A stretch of DNA of 64,000 nt from an uncultured Chloroflexia bacterium (GCA_963713975.1 OY970218.1:1280001-1344000); one strand, 5' to 3'. Numbered from the stretch's first letter, positions 27,249 through 37,121 are shown. The notes: generated from the sequence alone by a model not told the origin. Made by a program: numbers and translations.

Positions 27249-28105
27249 CCGCTGTCGCGTCCTCCCGGCCCGCGGCCGCCGGCACCGGGGGCTGGGGAGA
27301 CCGCGCGCTCCTGACCCTGGCCGGCCTGTTCGTGCTGTTCCTGGGCCTGCCGGTGCTGGCGATCCTCGCGCGGGCGCTCCTGGGCGGGCTGCTGCGGGAC
27401 GTCGCCGGCTCCGAGACCGTGCTGGTCGCACTTGCCCTGAGTCTGGTCTCGACATCGATCAGCCTGGTGATCACGGTCGTGTTCGGTCTGCCACTGGCCA
27501 TCGTGCTCGCCCGCCGCACCTTCCGGGGCAAGTGGCTGGTGGAGGCGGTGACCGACCTGCCGATCGTGCTGCCGCCCGCCGTGGCCGGCCTGGCGCTGCT
27601 CCTGGTGTTCGGGCGACGCGGGCTGCTCGGCGGCCCGCTGGAGACCGCCGGCCTGGACGTCGCGTTCACGACCCTGGCGGTGATCCTGGCCCAGGTCTTC
27701 GTCTCGGCCCCGTTCTTCGTCCGCTCGGCACGGGCCGGGATCGCGGCCGTGGACCGCGACCTCGAGGACGCCGCCCGGGTGGACGGGGCCTCGGAGCGCC
27801 AGCTGTTCCGGAGCGTCACGGTGCCGCTCGCGGGGAGCGCGCTCGCGGCCGGTCTCGTCATGAGCTGGGCACGCTCTCTCGGCGAGTTCGGCGCCACGAT
27901 CATGTTCGCGGGGAACGTGCAGGGCAACACGCAGACGCTGCCGCTCGTCGTCTACGGGGAGTTCCAGGGTGGGGACCTGGACGCGTCCATCGCCGCGGCG
28001 GCAATCCTCGTCATGGCGGCGCTCGGGGTGCTGGTCGCGGTCCGCGTCCTGCACTGGGGCCGTGGGCTGGATGCGCGAGGGCTGGACGCGCGCGGCCTGG
28101 GCTGA
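27245..28105 (+). CDS. modB: Molybdate ABC transporter permease
   Basis: LPIVLPPAVAG, WARSLGEFGATIMFAGN. Confidence 0.92.
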   Translation: MTAVASSRPAAAGTGGWGDRALLTLAGLFVLFLGLPVLAILARALLGGLLRDVAGSETVLVALALSLVSTSISLVITVVFGLPLAIVLARRTFRGKWLVEAVTDLPIVLPPAVAGLALLLVFGRRGLLGGPLETAGLDVAFTTLAVILAQVFVSAPFFVRSARAGIAAVDRDLEDAARVDGASERQLFRSVTVPLAGSALAAGLVMSWARSLGEFGATIMFAGNVQGNTQTLPLVVYGEFQGGDLDASIAAAAILVMAALGVLVAVRVLHWGRGLDARGLDARGLG

Positions 28106-28130
28106 CCTCGAGGACCCGGGCTTAACGTTC

Positions 28131-28306
28131 GAGACGGCTCCCGGAGGAGCCGCCTCGATGCTGTCCCGGTGAAGGTGCCCACCCTTGCGGGGGGCACTTC
28201 TGCCATCGCCTCAGGATCATCTATCGCGTCGGCTGAACCGACTACCCTAACCCAACCTACCCATGATCCTGATGCTGGGGCAGCCCTGGCTGACTGGCAG
28301 CATCGA
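28131..28306 (-). ncRNA. Candidate structured small RNA in a convergent intergenic region
   Basis: Several nested helices; minus-strand promoter TTCCCT-17-TAGGAT; terminal GC hairpin at 28131-28156; strand uncertain. Confidence 0.5.
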
Positions 28307-28426
28307 TATCCTAGCGAGAAGGTGTGGATTAGGGAAGGGGTTTTTCCAGTCCTTGGGTGAAAATCTCTTAACAGTTCCCGATTTCGGCTAACGGTCGCCG
28401 TTGTCGGCGGGCCGGGGGACGGTGCC

Positions 28427-28915
28427 TTACGCCTCGTCGACGATGGTGACGCTGGTCATCGCGACCGGGGCGTCCGGCAGGTCGCGCGAGTTGCGCGCCG
28501 CGCCGGCAATGGCATCCACCACGTCGAGCCCCTTGGTCACGATGCCGAAGATCGTGTAGTTCTTGGGCAGGGCGTAGTCGGCGTGCATGATGAAGAACTG
28601 CGAGCCGTTGGTGTTGGGACCCGCGTTGGCCATCGCGAGCGTGCCCCGCGAGTAGCTGCCGGTGAAGGGCTCGTCGTCGAACTTGTAGCCGGGACCGCCG
28701 GTGCCGACGCGCCCGCCGTTGAGCGACGACTTCTTGCCGAACTGCCCGTCGCCGCCCTGGATCATGAAGCCCGGGATGACGCGGTGGAAGATGACGTCGT
28801 CGTAGAAGCCCTCCTTGGCGAGCTTCACAAAGTTGGCGGCGGCCTTGGGCGCGCCCTGGGTGAACAGGTCGGCCTCGATGGTGCCGGCTTCGGTGACGAT
28901 GATGGCGCGGGTCAT
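28427..28915 (-). CDS. ppiA: Cyclophilin-type peptidyl-prolyl cis-trans isomerase
   Basis: FHRVIPGFMIQGGD, LAMANAGPNTNGSQFFI. Confidence 0.93.
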   Translation of the reverse strand: MTRAIIVTEAGTIEADLFTQGAPKAAANFVKLAKEGFYDDVIFHRVIPGFMIQGGDGQFGKKSSLNGGRVGTGGPGYKFDDEPFTGSYSRGTLAMANAGPNTNGSQFFIMHADYALPKNYTIFGIVTKGLDVVDAIAGAARNSRDLPDAPVAMTSVTIVDEA

Positions 28916-28947
28916 GGGCAGTCTCCTCGTGCGGGGTCCGGGACAGG

Positions 28948-29673
28948 TTACGGGGTGGTGACGGTGACGCTGGTCATGGGCAGCGGGTCCAGGGCGGCGT
29001 TGTTGGGCTCCCCCGAGTTGGGCATCGCGACGATCGCGTCCACGACGTCCATGCCTGCGGTGACCTCGCCGATGATCTGGTAGGTGTTGGCCTTCGCGAG
29101 CGCAGCCTGCGCCGCGTCGTCCGTGACGATGAAGAACTGCGAGCCGACCGAGTCCGGGTCCGTCGTGCGGGCCATCGCGACGGTTCCCCGGTGGTACGTG
29201 GTCGTGACCGGCTCGTCCTTGATGGTGTAGGACGGACCGCCGCTGCCGACGAGCTCCGGGATCACGTCGGGGCTGCGGCCGAACTGCCCGTCACCGCCCT
29301 GGATGACGAAGCCCGGGACCAGGCGGTGGAAGACCACGTTGTCGTAGTATCCGCACTCGGCGAGCGTGACGAAGTTGCCGGCCGCGATCGGGGACAGGTC
29401 CGCCGAGATCTGGATGGCGATGTCTCCCTTGTCCGTACCCAGCGTGACCGTGCGGGTCTCGCCGGCGCCCAAGGCCGCGGGCTGCGCCGTGGGGCAGTCG
29501 GGCGGGTAGGTGGGACCGGGATGGGCCGGATCCGTTGGCACGACGGACGGCGCGATGGTCGGGGGTGGAACGGTCGGCAGGTCCTGTGCGCCACCGCTGC
29601 TGCACGCGGCCAGCAGGATCGGCACGGACAGGATGGCGCCGGCCAGGAGCCGGTTGATGGGTCGCTTGGTCAT
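28948..29673 (-). CDS. Cyclophilin-type PPIase, lipoprotein
   Basis: LAAC lipobox, FHRLVPGFVIQGGD, GSQFFI. Confidence 0.9.
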   Translation of the reverse strand: MTKRPINRLLAGAILSVPILLAACSSGGAQDLPTVPPPTIAPSVVPTDPAHPGPTYPPDCPTAQPAALGAGETRTVTLGTDKGDIAIQISADLSPIAAGNFVTLAECGYYDNVVFHRLVPGFVIQGGDGQFGRSPDVIPELVGSGGPSYTIKDEPVTTTYHRGTVAMARTTDPDSVGSQFFIVTDDAAQAALAKANTYQIIGEVTAGMDVVDAIVAMPNSGEPNNAALDPLPMTSVTVTTP

Positions 29674-30371
29674 GCGGCTGTCTCCAGGGCGCGTGGGAAG
29701 TCCAGGGTCCCGGAGAGGAGCGCCTCCCCGAGGATGAGGCCGGCCACCCCGGCGTCGCGCAGGCGTCGGATGGCATCGATGTCCGAGACGCCGCCCGCGA
29801 CCAGCAGGTCGACATCGTGGCGGCGCCCGAGGGCGGTCAGGAACGTGGTGTCCGGCGACGCACCGCCGTGGCTCAGCACGAGGCGGCGGACGCCCGCGGC
29901 GACCAGCTCCTCCACCAGCGTATCGAGGGTCGGCGGTTTCGTGCGTTGCCAGGGAAAGGCGGCCAGGCGTTCCGGGCGCGGGTCCAGGCCGACCGCGAGC
30001 CAGTCGCCGGCCACCGCGAGACAGTCGCGCAGGGCTTCCCGCCGTTCGGCGATCGCGAGCGACAGCACCACGCGCGTGGCCCCGGCCGCGAAGGCGAGGC
30101 GTACGTGATCGGCCTCCTCCAGGCCGCCCGCGAGCTGGAGCGGGACCCCGACCCTCGCGGCGACCGCGCCCACCGCCTCGAGATTGACGGGCCGTGCCTG
30201 CTGGGCTCCCTCGACGTCCACGAGGTGGATGATCCGCGCCCCCTGGGCCACGAACTGCTCCGCGATCCGCTCCGGGCGGTCGGTTGGCGTGCCGGTACCC
30301 GCCGCGGCCCCGGGCCAGTACACGACCCTCGACCGGCCCCCGCGGACATCGATGGCCGGGATGATGTCCAC
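29670..30371 (-). CDS. Degenerate HisA/HisF-related TIM barrel protein
   Basis: IIPAIDV, IHLVDVEGA, AGG, GATRVV; loop 6 is missing. Confidence 0.75.
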   Translation of the reverse strand: MDIIPAIDVRGGRSRVVYWPGAAAGTGTPTDRPERIAEQFVAQGARIIHLVDVEGAQQARPVNLEAVGAVAARVGVPLQLAGGLEEADHVRLAFAAGATRVVLSLAIAERREALRDCLAVAGDWLAVGLDPRPERLAAFPWQRTKPPTLDTLVEELVAAGVRRLVLSHGGASPDTTFLTALGRRHDVDLLVAGGVSDIDAIRRLRDAGVAGLILGEALLSGTLDFPRALETAA

Positions 30372-30377
30372 GCCGCC

Positions 30378-32057
30378 TCAGCCCTCGCCCAGGAACACGC
30401 GGCGGTGGAAGCTGATCGGCAGCGAGCCGTTGCGCAGCAGCGTGTCGTGGAAGGCTTTGAGCGAGAACCCGGAGCCGCGGCGGCGCCTCTCGTCCTCGCG
30501 CAGGCCAAGGATCAGGACCTTGCCCAGCAGGTAGCTCAGCTGGTAGCCAGGGGTGTAGGTGTAGCGGCGGACCTCGGCGCGGGCATTGGCCGTCTCGAAG
30601 GAGGTGTGCTCCACGAGGAAGTCCGTCGCCTCGTCGGGCGTCAGCTCGCCACGGTGCATCCGCACGTCGAGGATGATCCGGCAGGCCCGCCAGACGGCGT
30701 CGGTGTACATGGCCGTGCGGAACGACGGGCCGGCGTCGAAGCCCTCCTCGCGCATCATCTGCTCCGAGTACATGCCCCAGCCCTCGACGAACTCGGGGGC
30801 CTCGGCGAGCATCCGGGTCAGGCTGGGGTGCTTGGACGCGACCGCCAGCTGGAGGTGGTGGCCCGGGTACGCCTCGTGGATGCTGGTGTTGGAGATCGAG
30901 GCGTAGTAGTGCTCCAGCATCGCGTTGGGGTCGTCGTCCACGGCCGGCGTGACCACGTAGATTCCCCGCTGGTCGGCATCGAAGCGCGCCGGCGAGAAGT
31001 AGGCCGCGAACGGCATCACGCTGCGCAGGTACTCCGGCGTGGCGATGACCTCGATGACCTCGTCGTCCGGGATGGACACCAGGTCGTGCTCGAGCAGGTA
31101 GGCGCGGGCCCGGCGCATCGCGTCCTTGTAGCCGGTGAGCGCCTCGTCGAAGGTGGCCGGGTGATCCGCCTTGAGGCGCTCGATGACCGACGGCAGGTCG
31201 GCGTCCGGGTCGAGCTCGCGCGCGGCGGCCCGGCGGCCCTCGGTGTTCGTGCGCAACTGGTCCCAGCCGATCTCGAGGATCGCGTCGGCGTCCAGGTCGC
31301 CGAAGCCACGGAGGCGGACGAGCTCGTCGTACTGCTCGCGGCCCAGCGGCCAGTCGTCAGTCGCCGTGGCAAGCGTCGTGTCCAGCCACGCCACGTGGGA
31401 CTCGAGGGCACGGTCGGCGCCCACGATCGCACGGTCCAGGCGGGCGAGCTCGCCCAGCGGCAGCACGGGCTCCGCCGCCACGCGGACCTCGGCGAACAGG
31501 CCCGGGAGGTCCGTCGCGTAGCGGCGCTCCACGCCCTGCCACAGCGCCACCTGCGGGCCCGCCGCGCGACTGCGTGCCTCGGCCAGGTAGGCGGGCGCGG
31601 CCTCGAGCCGGTCGGCGATGCGTGCCAGGCGCTCGCCGAGCGGCGCCGCGCCGCGGGCGAACAGCGCGAAGACCGCGTCGCCGATGTCGCTGGCTGCCTG
31701 CGACCGGCGCTCCCAGCGGCGGACGTCGTCCGCCTCGAACAGCGAGAGTCGGAGGTTGTGGAGCTCCAGGTCCCGCTCGAAGCGCGCCGCCGGTGACAGG
31801 CCGGATGGATCGAGCGCCTCGACGGCGGCCAGGTGCGCCCTGTCGGCGGAGATCTCCCCGAGGACGGCGTCGCGCCCGGCGTCGCCCAGGCGATGGTCCT
31901 CGCTGTGGATCCCGAAGTAGGTCGCGGCGATCGGGTTGTCGGTGAACAGGCGGCGGACGCGGCTCTCGACCAGGTCGTAGAACCCGGTGTCGAGGGGCCC
32001 GTCATCGGGGGCGGACGTGGGCCGAGGAAGGTCCAGGCCGCCGAGCAGGTTGGTCAT
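30378..32057 (-). CDS. DUF885 family protein (zincin-like)
   Basis: HEAYPGHHLQ, EGWGMYSE, RACRIILDV, PGYQLSY. Confidence 0.88.
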   Translation of the reverse strand: MTNLLGGLDLPRPTSAPDDGPLDTGFYDLVESRVRRLFTDNPIAATYFGIHSEDHRLGDAGRDAVLGEISADRAHLAAVEALDPSGLSPAARFERDLELHNLRLSLFEADDVRRWERRSQAASDIGDAVFALFARGAAPLGERLARIADRLEAAPAYLAEARSRAAGPQVALWQGVERRYATDLPGLFAEVRVAAEPVLPLGELARLDRAIVGADRALESHVAWLDTTLATATDDWPLGREQYDELVRLRGFGDLDADAILEIGWDQLRTNTEGRRAAARELDPDADLPSVIERLKADHPATFDEALTGYKDAMRRARAYLLEHDLVSIPDDEVIEVIATPEYLRSVMPFAAYFSPARFDADQRGIYVVTPAVDDDPNAMLEHYYASISNTSIHEAYPGHHLQLAVASKHPSLTRMLAEAPEFVEGWGMYSEQMMREEGFDAGPSFRTAMYTDAVWRACRIILDVRMHRGELTPDEATDFLVEHTSFETANARAEVRRYTYTPGYQLSYLLGKVLILGLREDERRRRGSGFSLKAFHDTLLRNGSLPISFHRRVFLGEG

Positions 32058-32112
32058 CGTTCCTCCGCGCCGCCGTCAGGAGCTGGCGCTGTGGTTGCCG
32101 GATCGGGATCCG

Positions 32113-33240
32113 TCAGGCCGCGCCTGCCGCCCGCACCCGGGTTGGGGTCGGGTCCGTCTCGCGCAGGGCGTCGGAGACGGCCCCGATGACCCGGTCGATG
32201 TCGTCTGCCGTCACCCCGAGGTGCGTGACGGCGCGGACCTGGCCGTGCGCGTAGGGGACCATCAGCACGCCACGTGCCTCGAGGGCGGCAAGGAAGGCCG
32301 CCCGGTCGCGGTCCACGCGGTACAGGACGAAGTTGGTCACGGTACGGCCGGGGTCCAGCGGACCGTCCTCGTCCGACTGGGCGATGCCGCCGGGAGAGCG
32401 GACGCCGGTGAGCTCGGCCAGCCCCTCCGCGAGCCGGCGGGCGTTCGCGTGATCCTCGGCAAGACGGCGGATGGTGCCGTCCGGACCCTCATCGAGGGCG
32501 ACGAGGCCGGCCGCCGCGAGCACGCCAACCTGGCGCATGCCGCCGCCGAGGAGCTTGCGGGCGCGCCTCGCGCGGGCGATGAACGCCTCCGGACCCACGA
32601 CCACGGAGCCGATGGGCGTCGAGAGGCCCTTGGACAGGCAGAAGGTGACCGTGTCGGCCGGCGCCGCGAGCGCCGCGGGCGCCATCCCGAGGGCGACGGC
32701 GGCATTGAAGAACCGTGCCCCGTCCATGTGCAGCGGGACGCCGCGCTCGTGGGCGATCGCGGCCGCGGTCTCGATGTAGTCCATCGGCAGCGGCCGGCCC
32801 CCGGTGTGCGCGTGCGTGTTCTCCAGGACGATGAGCCCGGTGATGGGCTCGTGCAGGTCCGTGGGATCCCGGAACGCCTCGATGATCTCGGCCGGGTCCA
32901 TGGTGCCGTCGGACCGCTCCCGGAGGGCGCGGATCGTCGCTCCCACCACGACCGCGTGCCCGCCGGCCTCGTCCATCACCGTGTGGGTGGTCTCGCCGGC
33001 GATGGCCTCGTGGCCGCGAGGCAGGTGGGCCATCAGCGACACGAGGTTGCCCATGGTGCCGCTCGCGACGAACAGCCCTGCCTCCTTGCCCAGCATCGCC
33101 GCGGCGCGTGCCTCGAGCGCGTTGACGGTGGGGTCGTCGCCGAACACGTCATCGCCGAGGGGGGCCTCGACCATCGCGCGGCGCATGGCGTCGGTGGGGT
33201 GGGTGACGGTGTCGGAGCGAAGGTCGATCACGGGCGGCAT
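32113..33240 (-). CDS. ltaE: Low-specificity L-threonine aldolase
   Basis: IDLRSDTVT, SGTMGNL, LHMDGAR, CLSKGL; start ATG 33240. Confidence 0.92.
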   Translation of the reverse strand: MPPVIDLRSDTVTHPTDAMRRAMVEAPLGDDVFGDDPTVNALEARAAAMLGKEAGLFVASGTMGNLVSLMAHLPRGHEAIAGETTHTVMDEAGGHAVVVGATIRALRERSDGTMDPAEIIEAFRDPTDLHEPITGLIVLENTHAHTGGRPLPMDYIETAAAIAHERGVPLHMDGARFFNAAVALGMAPAALAAPADTVTFCLSKGLSTPIGSVVVGPEAFIARARRARKLLGGGMRQVGVLAAAGLVALDEGPDGTIRRLAEDHANARRLAEGLAELTGVRSPGGIAQSDEDGPLDPGRTVTNFVLYRVDRDRAAFLAALEARGVLMVPYAHGQVRAVTHLGVTADDIDRVIGAVSDALRETDPTPTRVRAAGAA

Positions 33241-33376
33241 GGCCTCGCGAGCATAGCGCGGGTCATGCGGGCGGGCGCGCGAGTGGGCGCGCGGCACGCC
33301 CGCACGGCTGCACCGGTCGTATGATCGTGCCGCGTGGTGCCCAACCGTGCGGCCGCCGTGCACAAGGAGGAGAGGA

Positions 33377-34015
33377 ATGCAGATCCTGATCGCACTCGTG
33401 GCCGCCGTGATCGGCCTTGCCATCGCCTTTGGCGGCTGGCGCTTCTTCCTGCTGCTGCTGCCGTTCTGGGGGCTGCTCGTGGGCTTCAACGTCGGGACCG
33501 AGGCGGTGTCGGCGCTGTTCGGTGACGGGACGTTCGCCACCCTCACGAGCTGGGCCGTGGGCATCGTGTTCGCCCTGGTCTTCGCCGTGCTGGCCTACCT
33601 CTACTACTACGCCGCGATCGCGCTGATCGGCGGTTCGGTCGGGTTCATCATCGGCGGCAGCCTGTGGGGCCTGATCGGCAACGCCGACGGCGTCATCGCG
33701 TTCGCGCTCAGCCTGGTGGTCGCGGTCGTGTTCGTGATCGGGATCCTGGCCCTCAACGTGCCGCGGCTGCTCGTGATCGTGTTGACCGGCCTCGGTGGCG
33801 CGGCCGCGATCGTGGCCGGCTGGTTCATCCTCACCGGGCAGATCCCCACCGACAACATCCAGTGGATGCAGGTCGGGGCGCTGATCCGGGACAGCTGGTT
33901 CTGGCTGATCGTCTGGGCCGTGATCGCCGCCGCCGGGATCATCGTGCAGATGGTGACGCCGACATTCGGTCCCGACAGCTACGAGCTGGATCGGGAGTCG
34001 TACCGCTACAGCTGA
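33377..34015 (+). CDS. DUF4203-like multi-pass membrane protein
   Basis: About 7 hydrophobic segments; AAGGAGAGAGG RBS. Confidence 0.65.
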   Translation: MQILIALVAAVIGLAIAFGGWRFFLLLLPFWGLLVGFNVGTEAVSALFGDGTFATLTSWAVGIVFALVFAVLAYLYYYAAIALIGGSVGFIIGGSLWGLIGNADGVIAFALSLVVAVVFVIGILALNVPRLLVIVLTGLGGAAAIVAGWFILTGQIPTDNIQWMQVGALIRDSWFWLIVWAVIAAAGIIVQMVTPTFGPDSYELDRESYRYS

Positions 34016-34160
34016 GCCACGGGGCCCGAGGCCCCATCCCAAGTGCCCAACGCGGAGCCCCGGAGGTTCAGGCCTTCGGGGCTCCGTCGTTCCCGCCCTC
34101 GGGGGCCGCGGCGATGCTGGCGGCTTCGGGGGGTCCCTGCTATGATCCGCCACCGATCGC

Positions 34161-34237
34161 GGACCCGTGGTGTAGCGGCCCAACATGCCAGCCTGTCACG
34201 CTGGAGATCGCCGGTTCGAATCCGGTCGGGTCCGCCA
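34161..34237 (+). tRNA. tRNA-Asp(GTC)
   Basis: Cloverleaf GGACCCG...CCAGC-CTGTCAC-GCTGG...TTCGAAT...CGGGTCCGCCA; extended -10 TGcTATGAT upstream. Confidence 0.97.
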
Positions 34238-34256
34238 TCTTCTCTCAATTCCTCGC

Positions 34257-34297
34257 ACGCCCCGTCCGCCCGCCCGGACGGGGCGTTCCTTCGTTTC
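34257..34297 (+). terminator. Intrinsic terminator after tRNA-Asp
   Basis: ACGCCCCGTCCG-loop-CGGACGGGGCGT, then TCCTTCGTTT. Confidence 0.7.
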
Positions 34298-34313
34298 AGG
34301 TACCCTGCCCGCC

Positions 34314-36089
34314 GTGAGCGCGCGCGATCCCGGGTACGACCCACGACAGCGGCACCCGCGAAGCGGGGCACATCCCTCGGCGGCACGAGTCCCGCAGCGC
34401 AGGGATGGCTCACGTTCCGTGCCGCTGGCGGCGCTGGCCGCCCTCGGGCTCGTGCTGGTCGTCGGCCTCGGGTTCGGCGGCGGGCTCCTCGCCGGCGGTT
34501 CCACGGGGTCCACGCCGGCAGCCGGCACCGCCGCGATCATCGGTTCCGGCGCCCCTGCCCAGGGTGGATCGTCGGGCGCGGCGGTCATCACGGACGCCTC
34601 GGACGGCCCTGGAGCCCCCGCCGTCGATCCCGCCGTCGACGCATCGCCCGAGGTCGTCCCGACCGCCGCGGCTCCGCAGGTCGAGACCGAGGTCGCCATC
34701 GTCCCGGTCACGGACTTCCGCTCCGCGCGAACCTCGGTCAAGGCCGCCGATGTCCGCGCCATCGCAGGCGGCTCCTCGCCCTACAAGGCGCTGGTGCTGG
34801 TCGACGCCGACGCCGACCGGATCCTCGAATCGCTGGGCGTGTCGCGTTCGGACCTCGGCAAGCGGCTGGTGACCGTGAAGTCCGCGACGGCCCTCGCGAC
34901 AAACCTGGCGGCCAACTCGAACCGGCTCGCCTTCCTCCGCGCCGACGAGGTGGACCCGTCGGTCCGCGCGATCGACTGGGGGGGCAAGAGCCTGTACGGC
35001 GTGGACCGCGTGAAGAGCCTCGGCAACTGGCCACTGACCGCCCGGCTGATCGGCCCCGAGACGCCCGCCTACGACCCGAAGGCCGCGTGGACGCTGTTCG
35101 CCGGGGGTGACATCCTGCTCGACCGGGGCGTCAAGCAGGCGATCGACGCGAACGGTATCGACTACCCGTACGACGGCGGCACCGTCAAGGTCACCGGCAT
35201 GTGCCGCGACTGCTCGCCCATGGGCTGGGACCTGCCGTACACGAAGCGGACCGGCAACGCGGGGGCCGTCCGGAGCCTGATCTCGGGTGCGGACCTCGCC
35301 ATCGCCAACTTCGAGAACCCGGCGCCGAACAAGTGGCGCTGGCATGGCAGCGGGACCGTGTTCAACGCGAACCCGGCCCTGATCGCCGGCCTGCGCGATG
35401 CCGGCATCGACTGGGTCTCGCTCGCCAACAACCACATCGGCGACGCCGGGCGCACCGGCATGCTCCAGACGATGAAGAACCTGGACAAGTACGACATCGC
35501 GCACGGTGGCCTGGGCAGGAACACCGCGGCCGCCCACAAGGCAACCCTGCTCGAGGCGGGCGAGGTCACGGTCGGGATCCTGGGCTACGACATGATCGCG
35601 CCCGGCTACCACGCGGGCACGGACCTCGCCGGCAGCGCGCGCATGACCAGGAAGGCGCTCAAGGCGGACATCAAGGCGGCCCGGGTGGCCGGCGCCGACG
35701 TCGTGATCGTGTTCCCGCACTGGGGCATCGAGTACCGCGCGCAACCCTCCGCGACCCAGCAGAAGATGGCCCACGCGGCGATCGACGCCGGTGCGGACGT
35801 CGTGATCGGCAACCACCCCCACTGGGCCGAGGCGATGGAGGTCTACAAGGGCAAGCCGGTGTGGTACGCGCTCGGCAACTTCGTGTTCGACCAGACGTGG
35901 TCCGACTACACGATGGAGGGCCTCACCCTCGAGCTCACGTTCGACGGCACCCGGCTGGCCCAGATCCGGATGCGGCCGCACCTGATTCTGGGCAAGGCGC
36001 AGGCGAACTTCATGGACCCGGCGGGGCTGGGCGGCAAGTTCGTGATGGACCAGGTCTGGAAGGCCTCGGCCGGCCTGCTGGACTGGTAG
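34314..36089 (+). CDS. CapA (PGA_cap) family metallophosphoesterase, membrane anchored
   Basis: GGDILL, ANFE, LANNHIGD, PHWG, GNHPH, YALGNFVFDQ; start GTG 34314. Confidence 0.85.
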   Translation: MSARDPGYDPRQRHPRSGAHPSAARVPQRRDGSRSVPLAALAALGLVLVVGLGFGGGLLAGGSTGSTPAAGTAAIIGSGAPAQGGSSGAAVITDASDGPGAPAVDPAVDASPEVVPTAAAPQVETEVAIVPVTDFRSARTSVKAADVRAIAGGSSPYKALVLVDADADRILESLGVSRSDLGKRLVTVKSATALATNLAANSNRLAFLRADEVDPSVRAIDWGGKSLYGVDRVKSLGNWPLTARLIGPETPAYDPKAAWTLFAGGDILLDRGVKQAIDANGIDYPYDGGTVKVTGMCRDCSPMGWDLPYTKRTGNAGAVRSLISGADLAIANFENPAPNKWRWHGSGTVFNANPALIAGLRDAGIDWVSLANNHIGDAGRTGMLQTMKNLDKYDIAHGGLGRNTAAAHKATLLEAGEVTVGILGYDMIAPGYHAGTDLAGSARMTRKALKADIKAARVAGADVVIVFPHWGIEYRAQPSATQQKMAHAAIDAGADVVIGNHPHWAEAMEVYKGKPVWYALGNFVFDQTWSDYTMEGLTLELTFDGTRLAQIRMRPHLILGKAQANFMDPAGLGGKFVMDQVWKASAGLLDW

Positions 36090-36125
36090 GGGCCGTCGTC
36101 CCGTAGTGGCCCCCGCCGGTCCGGC

Positions 36126-37121
36126 CTAGCCGTTCCAGCCGTAGGGGCCCGGGACGGCTGTGTCCAGGCCCGCGAACAGGTCTTCCTCGTGCTCCGGCGC
36201 CGGGACCCTGCTCTTGCGGCGCACGTATGCCTCCCTGGGCCAGTACTCCGCCCAGGCATCCGGCCCGAACCGGACGAAGGGGTTCTCGTCGCTGATCTGG
36301 GTCACGTGCAGGCGCATGGCGTTCCAGCGCCGGTCGAGGACCGCGGAGATGTCCACCCAGGTGGTGATCGACTCGTCGGGGACGAGCATCCTGGAGGCGA
36401 ACATCTCGAACTCGGCGAGCTGCTCCGGCGTCGCGTCCTCGGGCGGCGACCAGAAGGAGCGTTCGCCGACCGCCTCCATCCGTTCCTGGATGGCGTTCCG
36501 GATCGACGCCGGGATCGCCTGCTCGTACAGCTTGGCCGGGGTCCACGGGGCCAGGCCGCCGTCCGCCGGTGGGACGCCCGTGCCGCCGTGCTCGGGCGCC
36601 AGTTGCTCCGGGTACCACGCCGCGTCACCGGCCCGGGCGAAGGCGCCGACCGCCACCAGGTGGGTCCGGATGTGGTCAGGGTGTCCGTACCCGCCGAAGT
36701 CGTTGTACGTGGTCATCACGTCCGGCCGGTAGGTCCGGACGAGGAACACCAGCCGGCCGATCGCCTCGTCGAGGTCCGCCTGCCAGAAGCAGCGGGCATC
36801 ACGGTTCCCGGCGCGGCCCATCATGTCCGAGTCGCGATAGCCCAGGTTCTCCCACTCGGTGACGCCGAGGGCGGCCATCGCCTGCTCGAGCTCGCCCGCG
36901 CGGATCTCGCCCAGGCGCCGGTGGTTCTCCGGGGTGTCCATCTCGGGGACCACGATCTCGCCCATCTCCCCGCGGGTGCAGGTCACGAGGACCACGCGCC
37001 GTCCCTCGAGCACGGCCTTGGCCATCGTGCCGCCGGTCCCGATAACCTCGTCGTCGGGATGGGCGTGGACGGTCATGAGGGTGGGGACGTGGGGGACGGG
37101 CTGGGACGTCGAGGTGGTCAT
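36126..37121 (-). CDS. PIG-L family deacetylase (Mca/MshB-like)
   Basis: VHAHPDDE, TCTRGEMGE, GGYGHPDHI. Confidence 0.88.
   Translation of the reverse strand: MTTSTSQPVPHVPTLMTVHAHPDDEVIGTGGTMAKAVLEGRRVVLVTCTRGEMGEIVVPEMDTPENHRRLGEIRAGELEQAMAALGVTEWENLGYRDSDMMGRAGNRDARCFWQADLDEAIGRLVFLVRTYRPDVMTTYNDFGGYGHPDHIRTHLVAVGAFARAGDAAWYPEQLAPEHGGTGVPPADGGLAPWTPAKLYEQAIPASIRNAIQERMEAVGERSFWSPPEDATPEQLAEFEMFASRMLVPDESITTWVDISAVLDRRWNAMRLHVTQISDENPFVRFGPDAWAEYWPREAYVRRKSRVPAPEHEEDLFAGLDTAVPGPYGWNG

Noticed and set aside
28243-28262. Telomerase-like template (CCCTAACCC)
   Set aside because: No reverse transcriptase in the window; kept only as a loop feature of the sRNA candidate
28169-28360. 63-aa ORF
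   Set aside because: Poor codon bias for this genome; overlaps the structured element
28286-28395. Loose resemblance to a c-di-AMP or Moco riboswitch
   Set aside because: Core motifs are incomplete and the region lies between convergent 3' ends, upstream of no gene
34016-34115. Extended GC hairpin after the DUF4203 gene (also 8586-8620)
   Set aside because: Consistent with ordinary terminator or mRNA-stabilising stems
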